Shown here piece after piece: positions 47,412 to 63,183 of a stretch of DNA of 64,000 nucleotides. Both the position numbers and the translations under genes were made by a program. Origin of the DNA: a bacterium (lineage in GTDB: Bacteria > UBA8248); contig OZ242260.1 of assembly GCA_965207065.1 (NCBI GenBank), positions 416,001 through 480,000 of the forward strand, read 5' to 3'. How positions within the stretch are numbered: position 1 is the first letter of the stretch; every line of letters starts with the position of its first letter. Below the pieces are notes generated by a model. The model searched no databases. It was not told the DNA's origin and saw only the letters and a list, made by a program, of their open reading frames with translations.

Positions 47412-47801
47412 CTACTCCCGCATGCCGCCGAACTTCCATTCCAGATCGAGCGGGAAATCCTCCGTCATCTTCTCGACGTAGGCGAGCACGTCCTCGCGGC
47501 GGAAGCGCGCGCTTTTGAAGGAGGGGTGGTTCCCGGGCTGCCGGACGCCCGCGCGCGGTGGCGGGCGGCGCAGGTAGACGGGCCGGAGGCAGGGCGCGTC
47601 GCTCGCGCAGTCCTCGGCGATGATGGCGTCGAGCGTGCGGTAGCTCTTATAACCGAGCACCCTGGCGAGCATGGGCTTGGTGAGAAACGCCTCTTCCTCG
47701 AGAATGCGGCGCGGGGTTCTCGGATCGAGCGGGGCGTGTTTCGTTCGCCTCTTGCGCCGCTTGCCCGCAGTCGTCTTGTCGCGGGGCTTTCCGGGCGGCA
47801 T
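47412..47801 (-). CDS. Xis/MerR-like winged-HTH DNA-binding protein
   Basis: FLTKPMLARVLG..YRTL helix-turn-helix and ARFRREDVLAYVE wing/helix. Confidence 0.6.
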   Translation of the reverse strand: MPPGKPRDKTTAGKRRKRRTKHAPLDPRTPRRILEEEAFLTKPMLARVLGYKSYRTLDAIIAEDCASDAPCLRPVYLRRPPPRAGVRQPGNHPSFKSARFRREDVLAYVEKMTEDFPLDLEWKFGGMRE

Positions 47802-48046
47802 CAGCAGAGCGCCTCTGTGAGCGGCGTGAGAGATACGTCGCGGCGGCGGGTTCTCCTGGCCCTGATGAGGGCGTCGGCGCGGGCGCGGGCGGATTCTACG
47901 TTCGGGAAGATGAGGCTTACGCTTCTCTCGCGTGCGAGGTCGCGGTAGACGAGAAGCGCCGCCTCTTCGGGGACGCCGAAGCCCTCGTCCACCAGATCGG
48001 CCGGCGTGCGCTCATGGGTTCCGATGAAGGAGACGGCCTCGTTCAT
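47801..48046 (-). CDS. Small hypothetical protein coupled to the HTH gene
   Basis: GGAGG SD; TGATG stop/start overlap. Confidence 0.55.
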   Translation of the reverse strand: MNEAVSFIGTHERTPADLVDEGFGVPEEAALLVYRDLARERSVSLIFPNVESARARADALIRARRTRRRDVSLTPLTEALC

Positions 48047-48494
48047 GAAGACGCCCCTCCCGGGAACAGATGTGGCGCACTGCCGATGCGGCGCAATAAA
48101 AACCCGGATGACCCGCGCGGTCTTGAAGTTGCGATGGTTTCGGAGGGGGGCGCCTCGCGGGCGGTTCGAGACGCCGCGTTCGGTGGGGAAGAAGGTGGGG
48201 TATTGCGGGACGGATCATCCGGGCGAAGCGAAATTCCGAAAATATCGATAAATTTAGATAAATTGGCGGGGTTTTTCGATATATTCACGTGATCTCCTTA
48301 ATTCCTTATAAGTAGCTCATAATAAAAGAGATAACCTGTTCATCCGCCTGTTCGCGATATTCTTATTCACATATCAGGCATCGGCAATATATCTATATAT
48401 AACTATAATGTCAACAAAATTATTCAGAAATAATTATTCGAGGAGTACGAACGGATAAATCATTGATCAGAAAGGAGATATGGAGGGAGTGGGG

Positions 48495-49379
48495 TTAGTC
48501 GAGTTCCCTGCCCAGAAGATCGATGAAGCGCCTCACGCCGCCGTGGAGGGGCTTGTCGCGCCTGTGGACGAGGCCCAAAGGCCGGATGATGCGCTCCCCC
48601 TCGAAGGGCAGCACCGCCAGCGTGTTCATGGCCCGCTCATTATGAACCGCCGAACCGGGCAGAATGCTCACCCAGGTGTCGATGAAGAGCGCTTCCTTGA
48701 TGCTCTCCACGTTGTCGAACTCCATCACGACTTCCACGCCCACACCCGCCTTGCGCAAGACCCTGTCAATCGCGTTTCGTATAGCGAGATCGGCATCGAA
48801 CGCCACGAAGGGCTCGCCCGCGAGGTCGGAAACCCTTACTGCGTGGCGAAATGCGAGCTGGTGCCCCGGATGCGAGACGAAGAACATGGGCTCCTCCTTG
48901 AAGGGCACGACCCGGAGCGCCTTGTCCCGCGGGGGGTAAGAGAGGATTCCGATGTCCGCCGTATCGTCCAGAACGGATTGCACCACCTTCTCGGGGTGGA
49001 GGCATTCAAGGCGAACACGCGCCTGGGGATACAGGGATCGGAACCGCTGCATGTAGGCGCCCATCTGGTGAAGCCCCACCGAGTAAATGGCAGCGACGTG
49101 CACATGGCCGTGCACCTCGCCGATGCCGTGTGATATTTCCGCGCAGACCTGGTCGAATTCCCCCAGCATCTTTCGGCACGCCTCGTAGAAGCGCGCGCCT
49201 TCTTCGGTGATGCCGAAGGGCCGCTTGCTCCTGTCGAGCAACACGACGCTCAAATCCCCCTCGAGCTGGCGAAGCGCCTGACTCGCTGCGGACTGGGTTA
49301 CGCCGCTTTGAGCGGCTCCCTTGGAAAAGCTTCTCTCCTGGATGATGCGACAATAAAGCCTCAAGGTTTCGGTATTCAT
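48495..49379 (-). CDS. LysR-family regulator divergent from gltB (GltC-like arrangement)
   Basis: SFSKGA..TQSAASQ..LE HTH plus substrate-binding domain. Confidence 0.9.
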   Translation of the reverse strand: MNTETLRLYCRIIQERSFSKGAAQSGVTQSAASQALRQLEGDLSVVLLDRSKRPFGITEEGARFYEACRKMLGEFDQVCAEISHGIGEVHGHVHVAAIYSVGLHQMGAYMQRFRSLYPQARVRLECLHPEKVVQSVLDDTADIGILSYPPRDKALRVVPFKEEPMFFVSHPGHQLAFRHAVRVSDLAGEPFVAFDADLAIRNAIDRVLRKAGVGVEVVMEFDNVESIKEALFIDTWVSILPGSAVHNERAMNTLAVLPFEGERIIRPLGLVHRRDKPLHGGVRRFIDLLGRELD

Positions 49380-49564
49380 GAAAAAAGACTACAGTATAAA
49401 TAAATCTAATGCAATATATTAAAAATTTTAGTTTGTCTTATTATTTAATGCGTGTTATACTCAAAGTCCGTTTCATGGAAATCATCATGCGAGGTCCATA
49501 AGACGCTCTCAGGAGTTCCCCGGAGAATGGGCAAACGGGGAGTTTTCCTGAAATTTCTCTCAGA

Positions 49565-54131
<4,567 letters not shown>

Positions 54132-54139
<8 letters not shown>

Positions 54140-55583
54140 GCCGACGGGATTTGTGGAATTCGGCAGGGAAGCGCCCAAGACGAGGCCCGTGGAAGAGCGC
54201 GTCCACGACTGGGACGTCGTCTATCTCCCAACGCCGCACGAGACGCTCCAGCGCCAGGGCGCGAGGTGCATGGACTGCGGCATTCCCTTCTGCCATGAGG
54301 GATGCCCGCTGGGAAACCTGATTCCCGACTGGAACGATTTGGTCTACCGCGATTTATGGAAAGACGCCATCGATCGGCTCCATGCGACGAACAATTTCCC
54401 CGAGTTCACCGGCTGGCTTTGCCCTGCTCCGTGCGAGGATTCCTGCGTTCTCACGATCAACGACTCTCCGGTAACAATCAAGGAGATCGAAAAATCCGTC
54501 ATCGAGCACGCCTTCGAACAAGGCTGGGTGAAGGCAACCCCGCCTGCAGTGCGCACCGGCAAGAAAGTCGCCGTCGTGGGGTCGGGGCCTGCGGGACTGG
54601 CCGCCGCTCAGCAACTCAACTGGGCGGGGCACCATGTGACCGTATTCGAGCGCGACGATAAGCTCGGCGGCCTCATGCGCTACGGCATACCGGATTTCAA
54701 GATGGACAAGACCTACATCGACCGCCGTACACAGCAGATGGAAGAAGAGGGCGTAGCGTTCCGCGTAAACGCGAACGTGGGCGTCGATCCCAAGGTCTCC
54801 GAATTACAGGAGGAATTCGACGCAATCGTGCTGGCGGCTGGCGCTCTGCAGCACAGGGATCTGCAGATTCCGGGCCGTGAACTGGATGGCATCCACTTCG
54901 GCATGCGCTACCTCACCATACAGAACCGAAGGCTCGCGGGCGAGGATATACCGGAGGAGGAGTTTATTACCGCGAAGGACAAGCATGTGGTCGTCATCGG
55001 AGGCGGTGATACGGGGGCGGACTGCGTGGGCACCGCGCACAGGCAGGGGGCGAAATCCGTCCGGCAGTTCCAGTATCACCCGCGTCCGCCCGACAAACGA
55101 GACCCGCTGAGCGACCCCTGGCCGAACTACGCCAACATTTTCCGCACCGCGCCCATATATGAAGAGGGCGGGGAGCGCATCTTCCAGATTCAAACCCGCC
55201 AGTTCCTGGGCGAAAACGGCCGCGTCAAGAAAATCGATACTGTAAAGGTGAACGAATCCCATGGCGAAAACGGAAGAGTCGTCTTCACCGAGATTCCAGG
55301 CACGGAAGAAGAAATCGATGCGGACCTCGTTCTCCTGGCAATCGGCTTCCATGGTCCCGACTGCCATCCCCTGCTAAATGAACTGGCGCTCGAGCGCACG
55401 GGACGCGGCGCGGTGAGCCGCGATGAGCAATGGATGACGAGCGCGTCCGGCGTCTTCGTTGCGGGCGACATGATGCGTGGCGCATCCCTGGTGGTGTGGG
55501 CAATAGCGGATGGACGCTCCTGCGCCCGCGCCGTGGACGAATACCTGATGGGAGAATCCTACCTGCCCGCCCCGCTGGATTAG
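54132..55583 (+). CDS. gltD: Glutamate synthase small subunit
   Basis: [26 protein letters not shown]. Confidence 0.97.
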
Positions 55584-55756
55584 GACACACGGACGCTAGC
55601 CGAATTCCAACAAAATCCCCTCTCGTAACAGCGCCTCCAAGGTGAGCAAAAGGCTTATTTGAACGAACAGATAATATAGTTGACACATCTGGTATTTCAG
55701 TTTATTGTTGGCGTAATGCGAATGCAATACGAATATTGCGCGAACGGAGTGTAATC

Positions 55757-56074
55757 ATGACTCAAGAAATCCTCACCGCAATCGCCAACCTCGAAGAAAA
55801 AACAACTACAGCCATTGCCAAGCTCGACGAAAGAACAACCAATGCATTTTCGGAAGTAAGGAGCGAGGTTGCTGCTTTCAGGAAAGAAAACAACCGGAGA
55901 TTCGAGTCTATAGACCAGCAATTCGAGTCTATTGAACAACGGCTCGAGGTGGTGGAACAGCGGCTCGACAAACTCGAAACGGAGATGGGAGAAGGCTTCG
56001 AACTTCTCGATGGGCGCTTGGTGAGTCTGGAGGCGAAAGTTGAAGCCCTCAGAGAAAACAAGGAGTGGGAGTAA
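55757..56074 (+). CDS. Small heptad-repeat coiled-coil protein
   Basis: RFESIDQ QFESIEQ RLEVVEQ RLDKLET heptads. Confidence 0.65.
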   Translation: MTQEILTAIANLEEKTTTAIAKLDERTTNAFSEVRSEVAAFRKENNRRFESIDQQFESIEQRLEVVEQRLDKLETEMGEGFELLDGRLVSLEAKVEALRENKEWE

Positions 56075-56345
56075 GAAAATCGTCAAGAAATCCTGTCCGG
56101 AATACAGCGCACACATAAGGAGCCTTATACCCGCATCTCTCGATGCGTAGGCCAGGTCCTTCACCCATCAAGCTGCACGGGAACCGAAAGGGGAGCCCAT
56201 AGACTCTCCTCTTTTTTTATCGCTTCCGATTCAGACCATCATGCAGATAGCAATTTCAAGACAAAACCCGGCGAAATTGTGCTCCGCCGGGCATAGTATT
56301 TAATCTCTTTTCTGTTGCGGAACTGCCTGAAAAAACCATAACGCC

Positions 56346-57341
56346 CTAATTCGCCAGCGCCTTGTTCTTGATGGGCTGGATGTCGAAAACCGCAGGCTTC
56401 ACGGTGTCCACCGTTACCTTGACGGCGTGCATCTGCTTGGCGCCGAAGACCTGAAGTGCAAGCACGTTCGGCGCTTTTTTCGAGAGCGGGCGCGTAATCT
56501 GGTACTTGTGGCTGTCGCCATAGATCAGAAGGATCGGCTTTTTGAACGCGGCGGCCTTTTTGAGCAGCGCATCGCCGAACCGCTTGAAGCCCGACGCGCC
56601 CGAGAACGCCTCTTTTTTCTTGGAGAAAAAGCCGGGCTTGAAGATATTGGCGTGAATCGCGAGTACGAGCGCCTTGGCCTTTGCGGCGACGGCCTTATCG
56701 AATCCCGCGTTCAGCCAGGCGACGTTCGCCGCATCGCGCGCGAAGAACTCCGCGATGGCGCGCCTGTCGCGTACCTCGAAGTTGTTGTTCGAACCCACGA
56801 CGTGCGCCGCCACGAAATGGACGCCCTCTTTCACAAAACGCGCGTTCTCGGGATATGCGGCATATTCCTTCATCAGGTCCGACTGGCGTTCGATCTTCAT
56901 GGGAACCTTACCGAGCGAGCGCGGGCCGTGAGAGAAATAGTGCTTCCGCACGAAAGCGAGCCTCTCAATCGGATCGAAGCGGCCGGCCTTTTTGCGGTGA
57001 CAGTCGGTCCATTCGTTGTCGCCGGGCGTATAGACGAGCGGGGCGTCGAAGGTGTTCATGAAATTGAGTTGGTCCAGCAGCATCTTGTCCGAGCACGGAG
57101 TGGAGCCTGATTTCGTGTCCCCGATATGGATCGTGAAGGCGGGGTTCAGCGCGTTCACCTGACCGATCAACGCCTTGAAGGGTGCATAAACCTTCGCGGG
57201 CTCGCCGTATGGCATATCGCCGAGCGCCACGAACGTGAAGGCCGAGGCGGCGCCTGCCGTCAGCGCGAGCAGCGTCGTCGCGCTGAGCAACGCGCTAAGG
57301 CATCTCTTCAAATTTGAAGCGGTATTTTTCATCGAGCCCAT
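56346..57341 (-). CDS. Secreted calcineurin-like metallophosphoesterase
   Basis: GDMPY, HIGD, PGDNEW, GDSH; signal peptide. Confidence 0.8.
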   Translation of the reverse strand: MGSMKNTASNLKRCLSALLSATTLLALTAGAASAFTFVALGDMPYGEPAKVYAPFKALIGQVNALNPAFTIHIGDTKSGSTPCSDKMLLDQLNFMNTFDAPLVYTPGDNEWTDCHRKKAGRFDPIERLAFVRKHYFSHGPRSLGKVPMKIERQSDLMKEYAAYPENARFVKEGVHFVAAHVVGSNNNFEVRDRRAIAEFFARDAANVAWLNAGFDKAVAAKAKALVLAIHANIFKPGFFSKKKEAFSGASGFKRFGDALLKKAAAFKKPILLIYGDSHKYQITRPLSKKAPNVLALQVFGAKQMHAVKVTVDTVKPAVFDIQPIKNKALAN

Positions 57342-57576
57342 CCCATCCGTCTCCTATGGATTACAAGTAAAGAATAGCATCTCCCAAGGCTCAAGAAGAC
57401 GCCTGCCAATAGCTGGAGCACGCACTCCATTCGGAAGCCTGATTTTGCACTCACACTCGTGGTTCGCGACGAGATGGAATATAGAGAAAATATCTTCGGG
57501 AGGTGTTACAAAAAGGTGGCGATTCTATGTTTTTTCGATAAAACGAGGGTGGATGGTCGCGTCCCTGCGCCAAAAC

Positions 57577-58467
57577 CTACCTGCGCCAGCCCAGCCTGTC
57601 CGCGATGCGCAGGACGATATCCGAACGGTTGAGGGCGTAGACGTGGAAATGACTAACGCCCAGTTCCATCAACTCCCAAATCTGGAACGCCGCCAGGTCG
57701 GCCGCGCTTTCCTGAAAGGCCTCGGGGTCATTCTCGTAGGGAGCCAACGCATCGACGACGCTTCTCGGTACGCTCGCCCCGCATTTTTTTGCAAATCGCT
57801 GTACCTGGCCCAGGTCGCGCACGGGCAGAATGCCGGGCGACAGGGGAATCCCCACGCTCCGCATCGCCATCTGCTCCCTGAACCGCTCCCAGACGTGCGC
57901 TTCAAAGAAAAACTGCGAAACCGCGTAGTTGGCCCCTTCATCGACCTTGCGGACGAAGTGATCCATGTCTTTGGCTTTATCGGGCGTTTCGGGGTGGCCC
58001 TCGGGATAACACGCCACGCCGATGGAGTGGAGTCCGTCGAATTTACAGAGCCAGCGCACGAGATCCGCGGCGTAGCGGAATCCGCCGGCCACGGCCTCTT
58101 CGCGCGTCATGCCCTCGGGGATGTCTCCACGAAGCGCGAGGATGTCGCGCACCCGGTTATCCTGGTACTCCTCCATCAGGCGCGAGATTTCCGCCTTGTT
58201 CGCGCCCACGCAGGTGAGGTGCGCCACCACGCGGCGCGGATAGCGGCGGGCCAACTCCAGCACGAGTTCGAGCGTGCCCTCCTGCGTGGAGCCGCCCGCT
58301 CCGTATGTCACCGAGATGAAGGCGACGTCCATCGCGTCATGTATGGCCGCCACCTCGCGCAGGGTACGCTCCACCGCCTTGCGCCCCTTGGGCGGATAGA
58401 GCTCGATGGATACGCTAACTGGATCTGAGACGATGCCATCAATGACGGCTGACAACCCGTTCACCAC
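57577..58467 (-). CDS. metF: Methylenetetrahydrofolate reductase
   Basis: ELYPPK, SVTYGAGGS, HLTC, LALRGD, YPEGHP. Confidence 0.93.
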   Translation of the reverse strand: MVNGLSAVIDGIVSDPVSVSIELYPPKGRKAVERTLREVAAIHDAMDVAFISVTYGAGGSTQEGTLELVLELARRYPRRVVAHLTCVGANKAEISRLMEEYQDNRVRDILALRGDIPEGMTREEAVAGGFRYAADLVRWLCKFDGLHSIGVACYPEGHPETPDKAKDMDHFVRKVDEGANYAVSQFFFEAHVWERFREQMAMRSVGIPLSPGILPVRDLGQVQRFAKKCGASVPRSVVDALAPYENDPEAFQESAADLAAFQIWELMELGVSHFHVYALNRSDIVLRIADRLGWRR

Positions 58468-58569
58468 TTCCCTGCTCCCTCAGGTGGACGCCGGCAGTAT
58501 GCGAGACGTAAAAAAACGGGCGCGGGGCATGTCCACCCCGCGCCCAGAAACACGAACTCCAAAACAGGC

Positions 58570-59034
58570 CTAGCCCAGACCCTCGACCGCCGCGAAGAGC
58601 TTATCGTCGTCCGGCTTCTCGGGAGGAGCGGCTGTCACTTCCATATAGGCGACGTTCCCGTCCTTGTTGACGAGAACCACCGCGCGGTTGCTGAACCCCT
58701 TGTCGTTCAGAAAACCGTAGGCCGCGCACGTTCCCTTGCCGAAAAAATCGCTCAGCAACGGGAATTCGATGCCGTATTTCTCGGCCCAGGCGGCGTGCGC
58801 GAACGGGCTGTCCACGCTGATGCCGATGACCTCGCAGTCGGCGGCATCGAACTTCGCCTTCTCCGCCTGATAGGCGGGCAGCTGCTCGCTGCACACGGAG
58901 GAAAAATCGAACGGATAGAAGCAGAGCAGAACGTTTTTCTTTCCGCGAAAATCGCTCAGCTTGACCGTATCGCCCTCGGCGAGGGTTCTCGGCAATTCAA
59001 AATCTGGCGCTGCATCACCAACGCTCAAAGCCAT
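58570..59034 (-). CDS. Peroxiredoxin (AhpC/TSA family, AhpE-like)
   Basis: [23 protein letters not shown]. Confidence 0.88.
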   Translation of the reverse strand: MALSVGDAAPDFELPRTLAEGDTVKLSDFRGKKNVLLCFYPFDFSSVCSEQLPAYQAEKAKFDAADCEVIGISVDSPFAHAAWAEKYGIEFPLLSDFFGKGTCAAYGFLNDKGFSNRAVVLVNKDGNVAYMEVTAAPPEKPDDDKLFAAVEGLG

Positions 59035-59046
59035 GATATCGCCCCC

Positions 59047-59634
<588 letters not shown>

Positions 59635-59887
59635 TTCGTTTTCTCCTTGATGGGAATGGAATGTTCCGATTCAGGTGGTCAAAATCAAACTACCGGGGCA
59701 GCGGCCCCGAAAATCATTAAAATCAGGCCTGCTCGCATGGAAGGCGACGAACGAGACCTTGCCGGAAAACTTTACATTTTTGCGCAAACTTAAAGATTTT
59801 GGCCCTGGTTCACAAGCGCACGTATTCTACTTTCAGGGATCGGCCCCCGTCAAATCTCATCCTGAGCGGCATCCACTCGAGTATCGC

Positions 59888-60787
59888 CTATTCGGGCGCG
59901 TCCATCTTCTGGATCTGGTCGAAATCGCGGTAGAGAAGCGTCAGGTCCTCCTCTATCATCCCGCGATCTACGGCCTTTCTCAAAAACGAGAGCGTATGCT
60001 CGGCGAGCTCGATGTCCGCGCCGCGTTTTCGCCCGATCCCGACGGCGAGGCCGACGTCTTTTTGCAGGTTGTAGATGCGCGCCTGGCCGTTCCACGTGCC
60101 CGAGAGGATGTTGTTCGGAAAACGATGCCGGGTCGCGTAGCTGTACGCCGTCGATGCGTTGAAGATGTCGATCATGTCCTCGACGCGCATCCCGAGGCGC
60201 TCGACGAGGCGCGCCCCCTCGCAAGTGGCCAGGAACGTCGTGTGGAGCACCATGTTGTGGATGAGCTTCATCGTGTGGCCCGAACCCAGCGCGCCCAGAT
60301 GGAAGGTGTGATCCACGAAGGGTTTGAGATAGCGCCTCGTGCGCTTTAAGAGTTTCTCGTCTCCTCCGATCATGAGCGTCAGCTTACCTTCCAGGATGTT
60401 GCCGGGGCCGCCGCTCATGCCGGCGTCGAGATAGCCCAGTCCCGCGCGCTCGGCGCGCTTGGCGAGGCGCTTGGTCTTCGCCGGGTCCGAAGTCGTAAGG
60501 TCGTAGACCACGAGACCTTTCTTCGGATTATTGAGCAGTCCGTCTTTTCCCTTGAAGCACGCCGCTATCTCACTTGAGGAGGGAACGACGAAGAAGACGA
60601 CAGCGCAGGATTCGCCTATCTCGCGGGGCGTGGCGACCGTGACGCCCTCTGTTTCCTCGAACGGTTTCCGCCTTTCCTCTGAAACGTCCCAGAGCATCAA
60701 GGGCATCTTCGCCCCGATGAACCGCTGCGCCACGGGATTCCCCATGCGTCCCAGGCCGATGACGCCCACGCTGTTTCGTTTCGCCAT
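59888..60787 (-). CDS. NAD(P)-dependent beta-hydroxyacid dehydrogenase family protein
   Basis: GVIGLGRMG, DAGMSGG, KLIHN. Confidence 0.85.
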   Translation of the reverse strand: MAKRNSVGVIGLGRMGNPVAQRFIGAKMPLMLWDVSEERRKPFEETEGVTVATPREIGESCAVVFFVVPSSSEIAACFKGKDGLLNNPKKGLVVYDLTTSDPAKTKRLAKRAERAGLGYLDAGMSGGPGNILEGKLTLMIGGDEKLLKRTRRYLKPFVDHTFHLGALGSGHTMKLIHNMVLHTTFLATCEGARLVERLGMRVEDMIDIFNASTAYSYATRHRFPNNILSGTWNGQARIYNLQKDVGLAVGIGRKRGADIELAEHTLSFLRKAVDRGMIEEDLTLLYRDFDQIQKMDAPE

Positions 60788-60824
60788 GAAACACCTCGGA
60801 TGGAGTAACCGGAAAAAAATTTGA

Positions 60825-60901
60825 TGGAGCCGACGACCGGACTTGAACCGGTGACCTGCTGATTACGAATCAGCTGCTCTACCTGTCTGAGCTACGTCGG
60901 C
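60825..60901 (-). tRNA. tRNA-Thr(CGT)
   Basis: Cloverleaf GCCGACG..CGTCGGC, anticodon arm GCTGA-TTCGTAA-TCAGC, encoded CCA. Confidence 0.93.
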
Positions 60902-61086
60902 AAGAAGGAGCATGCAACCCTGGTGAGGTTCCGCGTTCCTCATGAGGGTGGTATTGAACACACCGCCCCCGCCTTCGTCAAGCGTAAAGAAGACCGGGCG
61001 GCCCGAACCCGGGATTCCGCCGCTGTCTCGATCTGGTTTGTAGGCTTGACTTACGAGCCGACGCATCGTAAACCTCTTTTCTCCTT

Positions 61087-61159
<73 letters not shown>

Positions 61160-61334
61160 CTACAATCCACCCCGAATCCGTTCGGGTTTCATAGTGTTTC
61201 TCACAGGAACGCCCGGTCGATAGCATTTGAAGCCGGGCGTTTTTGCGGGCAAGGAGCCCGCCGGCAGACGGGGGAGGCCGGTTCGAGCGCCTGAAGGCCA
61301 GCCCGCTCCCGCATCACCACGATGGAGACCGAAC

Positions 61335-61718
61335 ATGGACGACGCCGAGAAGAAGGCCCTGATCGAGAAGACCGTCGCCGATCGCGGCTGGGTGCTGCCC
61401 GAGCAGGAGTTCTACATCAACAAAGACCCCGAATACCATGTGCGCCAAAGCGCGCTCTATAACCACGTCATCAAGCGCGAGGGCGCGCTGTCTGAAAAGA
61501 TGCGGGAACTCATCATCATCACCGCCCTTTGCGTGCGCCTGCCGGGCACGGAAGTGGAGACCTACGTCAAAAACCACATCCATCGCGCGCTGGACCTGGG
61601 CGCGAGCGAAGATGAGATATTCGAGGCCGTGCAATGCCTGATCTTTCCAGCCGGTGGCCCCTCGCTGATGATGGGCATCAAATGCCTCCGCGCCGTCCTT
61701 GAGGAGCGGAAGGCTTAA
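61335..61718 (+). CDS. Carboxymuconolactone decarboxylase (CMD)-family protein
   Basis: LSEKMRELI and HIHRALDLGASEDEI. Confidence 0.8.
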   Translation: MDDAEKKALIEKTVADRGWVLPEQEFYINKDPEYHVRQSALYNHVIKREGALSEKMRELIIITALCVRLPGTEVETYVKNHIHRALDLGASEDEIFEAVQCLIFPAGGPSLMMGIKCLRAVLEERKA

Positions 61719-61751
61719 GCTTTTTTTCGATTCTCCTGGGGGACACAACAC

Positions 61752-62489
61752 ATGGACAGAAGCATCTGGGCGACCTGGTACGATCTGCCGAAAGAAGACG
61801 AGGCGGAATACAACAACTGGCTGCACCACACCCACATCAAGGACGCGCTCAAGCGCCCCGGCTACATGTGGGCGGCCCATTATGAACTCGTGGACAGGGA
61901 ATCGCCCAAATCCAAGAAAAAAGAACACCTGGCCTACACGGATGACCCCTCGATCCCGAATGGCACCGAGTTTTTGCTCTTATTCGGAGGAACGAGCGCG
62001 GAGGTGTTCCTGAGTCCCAACCCTGCGCAGCTTGCGGAAACCTATTCCGATGAGACGAAGGCGATGATCGCCAAGCGAATCGGCGAGCGCACGGGCATAT
62101 TTACCGAAGTCGACCGGGTGAACGGCCCCGCCGCCTCGACGCGCGCCGTGGGCGGCGTGCCCGCGCCGATAGTCCAGATGGGCACGTTCAACTGCTTTAC
62201 GCCCGAGGATGATTTCGACCTGAGTTCGTGGTACGCGCAGGACCGCCTGCCCGCGATGAAGTACATGCGCGGCTGCGTGGGAACGCGCAAGCTGGTCTCT
62301 GTGGCGGGATGGGCGAAGCACAGCATTTTTTATGAGTTCGCCTCGCTGGAAAAAGTCCTCGAGCATTTCCCGCGCGCGGACAAGCTCTTCCCGGGTGAGA
62401 ACGACTGGTCGTACCACGTATGCCAGCGCCTGCTCCACACGCCCGGCTCGCCGACGCGCGGCAAGCGCATCTGGCCGCCGGTAGAATGA
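61752..62489 (+). CDS. Hypothetical protein with two EthD-like alpha/beta barrel repeats
   Basis: YNNWLHHTH..PG and SWYAQDRLP..G duplicated pattern. Confidence 0.55.
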   Translation: MDRSIWATWYDLPKEDEAEYNNWLHHTHIKDALKRPGYMWAAHYELVDRESPKSKKKEHLAYTDDPSIPNGTEFLLLFGGTSAEVFLSPNPAQLAETYSDETKAMIAKRIGERTGIFTEVDRVNGPAASTRAVGGVPAPIVQMGTFNCFTPEDDFDLSSWYAQDRLPAMKYMRGCVGTRKLVSVAGWAKHSIFYEFASLEKVLEHFPRADKLFPGENDWSYHVCQRLLHTPGSPTRGKRIWPPVE

Positions 62490-62505
62490 GCAAGGGGGCG
62501 CAAGA

Positions 62506-63183
62506 ATGAGTTATATGAAACCTATCCAGGTCGAGGAAGCCGAAGGCGAGGCCGCGAAACTATTCGAAGGCGTGACGAAGATGCTCGGCCGCGTGGCGAA
62601 CTCCTTCGCCGTCATGGCCTACCAGCCTCACGTCGCCAAGGTCATCCTGCCGCTCACCGTCACCCTCATGCGTGAGGGGCTGGGTACGGTGCTGTCCACA
62701 AAGATCAAGGAAATCGCCGTCATCAAGACGAGCCACCTGAACGGGTGCGACTACTGACTCGGGCACAATACGGCGCTCGGTCGAGACGCCGGAGTCACCG
62801 AGGAGCAGGTGCAGGAAATCTGCTCGGACGCCTATATGGATTCGGTGACGATGAACGCACGCGAGAAGGCAGCCGTCCTGTGGGCGGAGCACGTGACGAA
62901 GAACACCGCCAAGACGCGCGACGATGTTTTCGAGGAGGTGCGGCGTCACTTCGATGACCAAGAATTCGTGGAACTCACCATGGTCATCACCTATTTCAAC
63001 ATGAGAAACCGCTTCCAGGACGCCCTGCGCATTCCGCTCGATGAACCGAAAACGATATCGGGCATCACCATCGGACGCAGGCAGGACCCCGAGAATCTCA
63101 AGAACTACCTCGCCGATGTCGTGGCGGGGTGGCCCGAGAGTTTCCCGGGGCCAGAGAAGGGCGAGAAAGGGGAGCATGTTTGA
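62506..63183 (+). CDS. AhpD/CMD-family probable selenoprotein (CxxU, UGA at 62755-62757)
   Basis: SHLNGCDY-U-LGH matches AhpD CxxC..H; downstream ORF is in frame; hairpin follows the UGA. Confidence 0.8.

Noticed and set aside
48197-48206. Fifth copy of the shared promoter
   Set aside because: Only one degenerate repeat and no -10 box at the 25-nt spacing.
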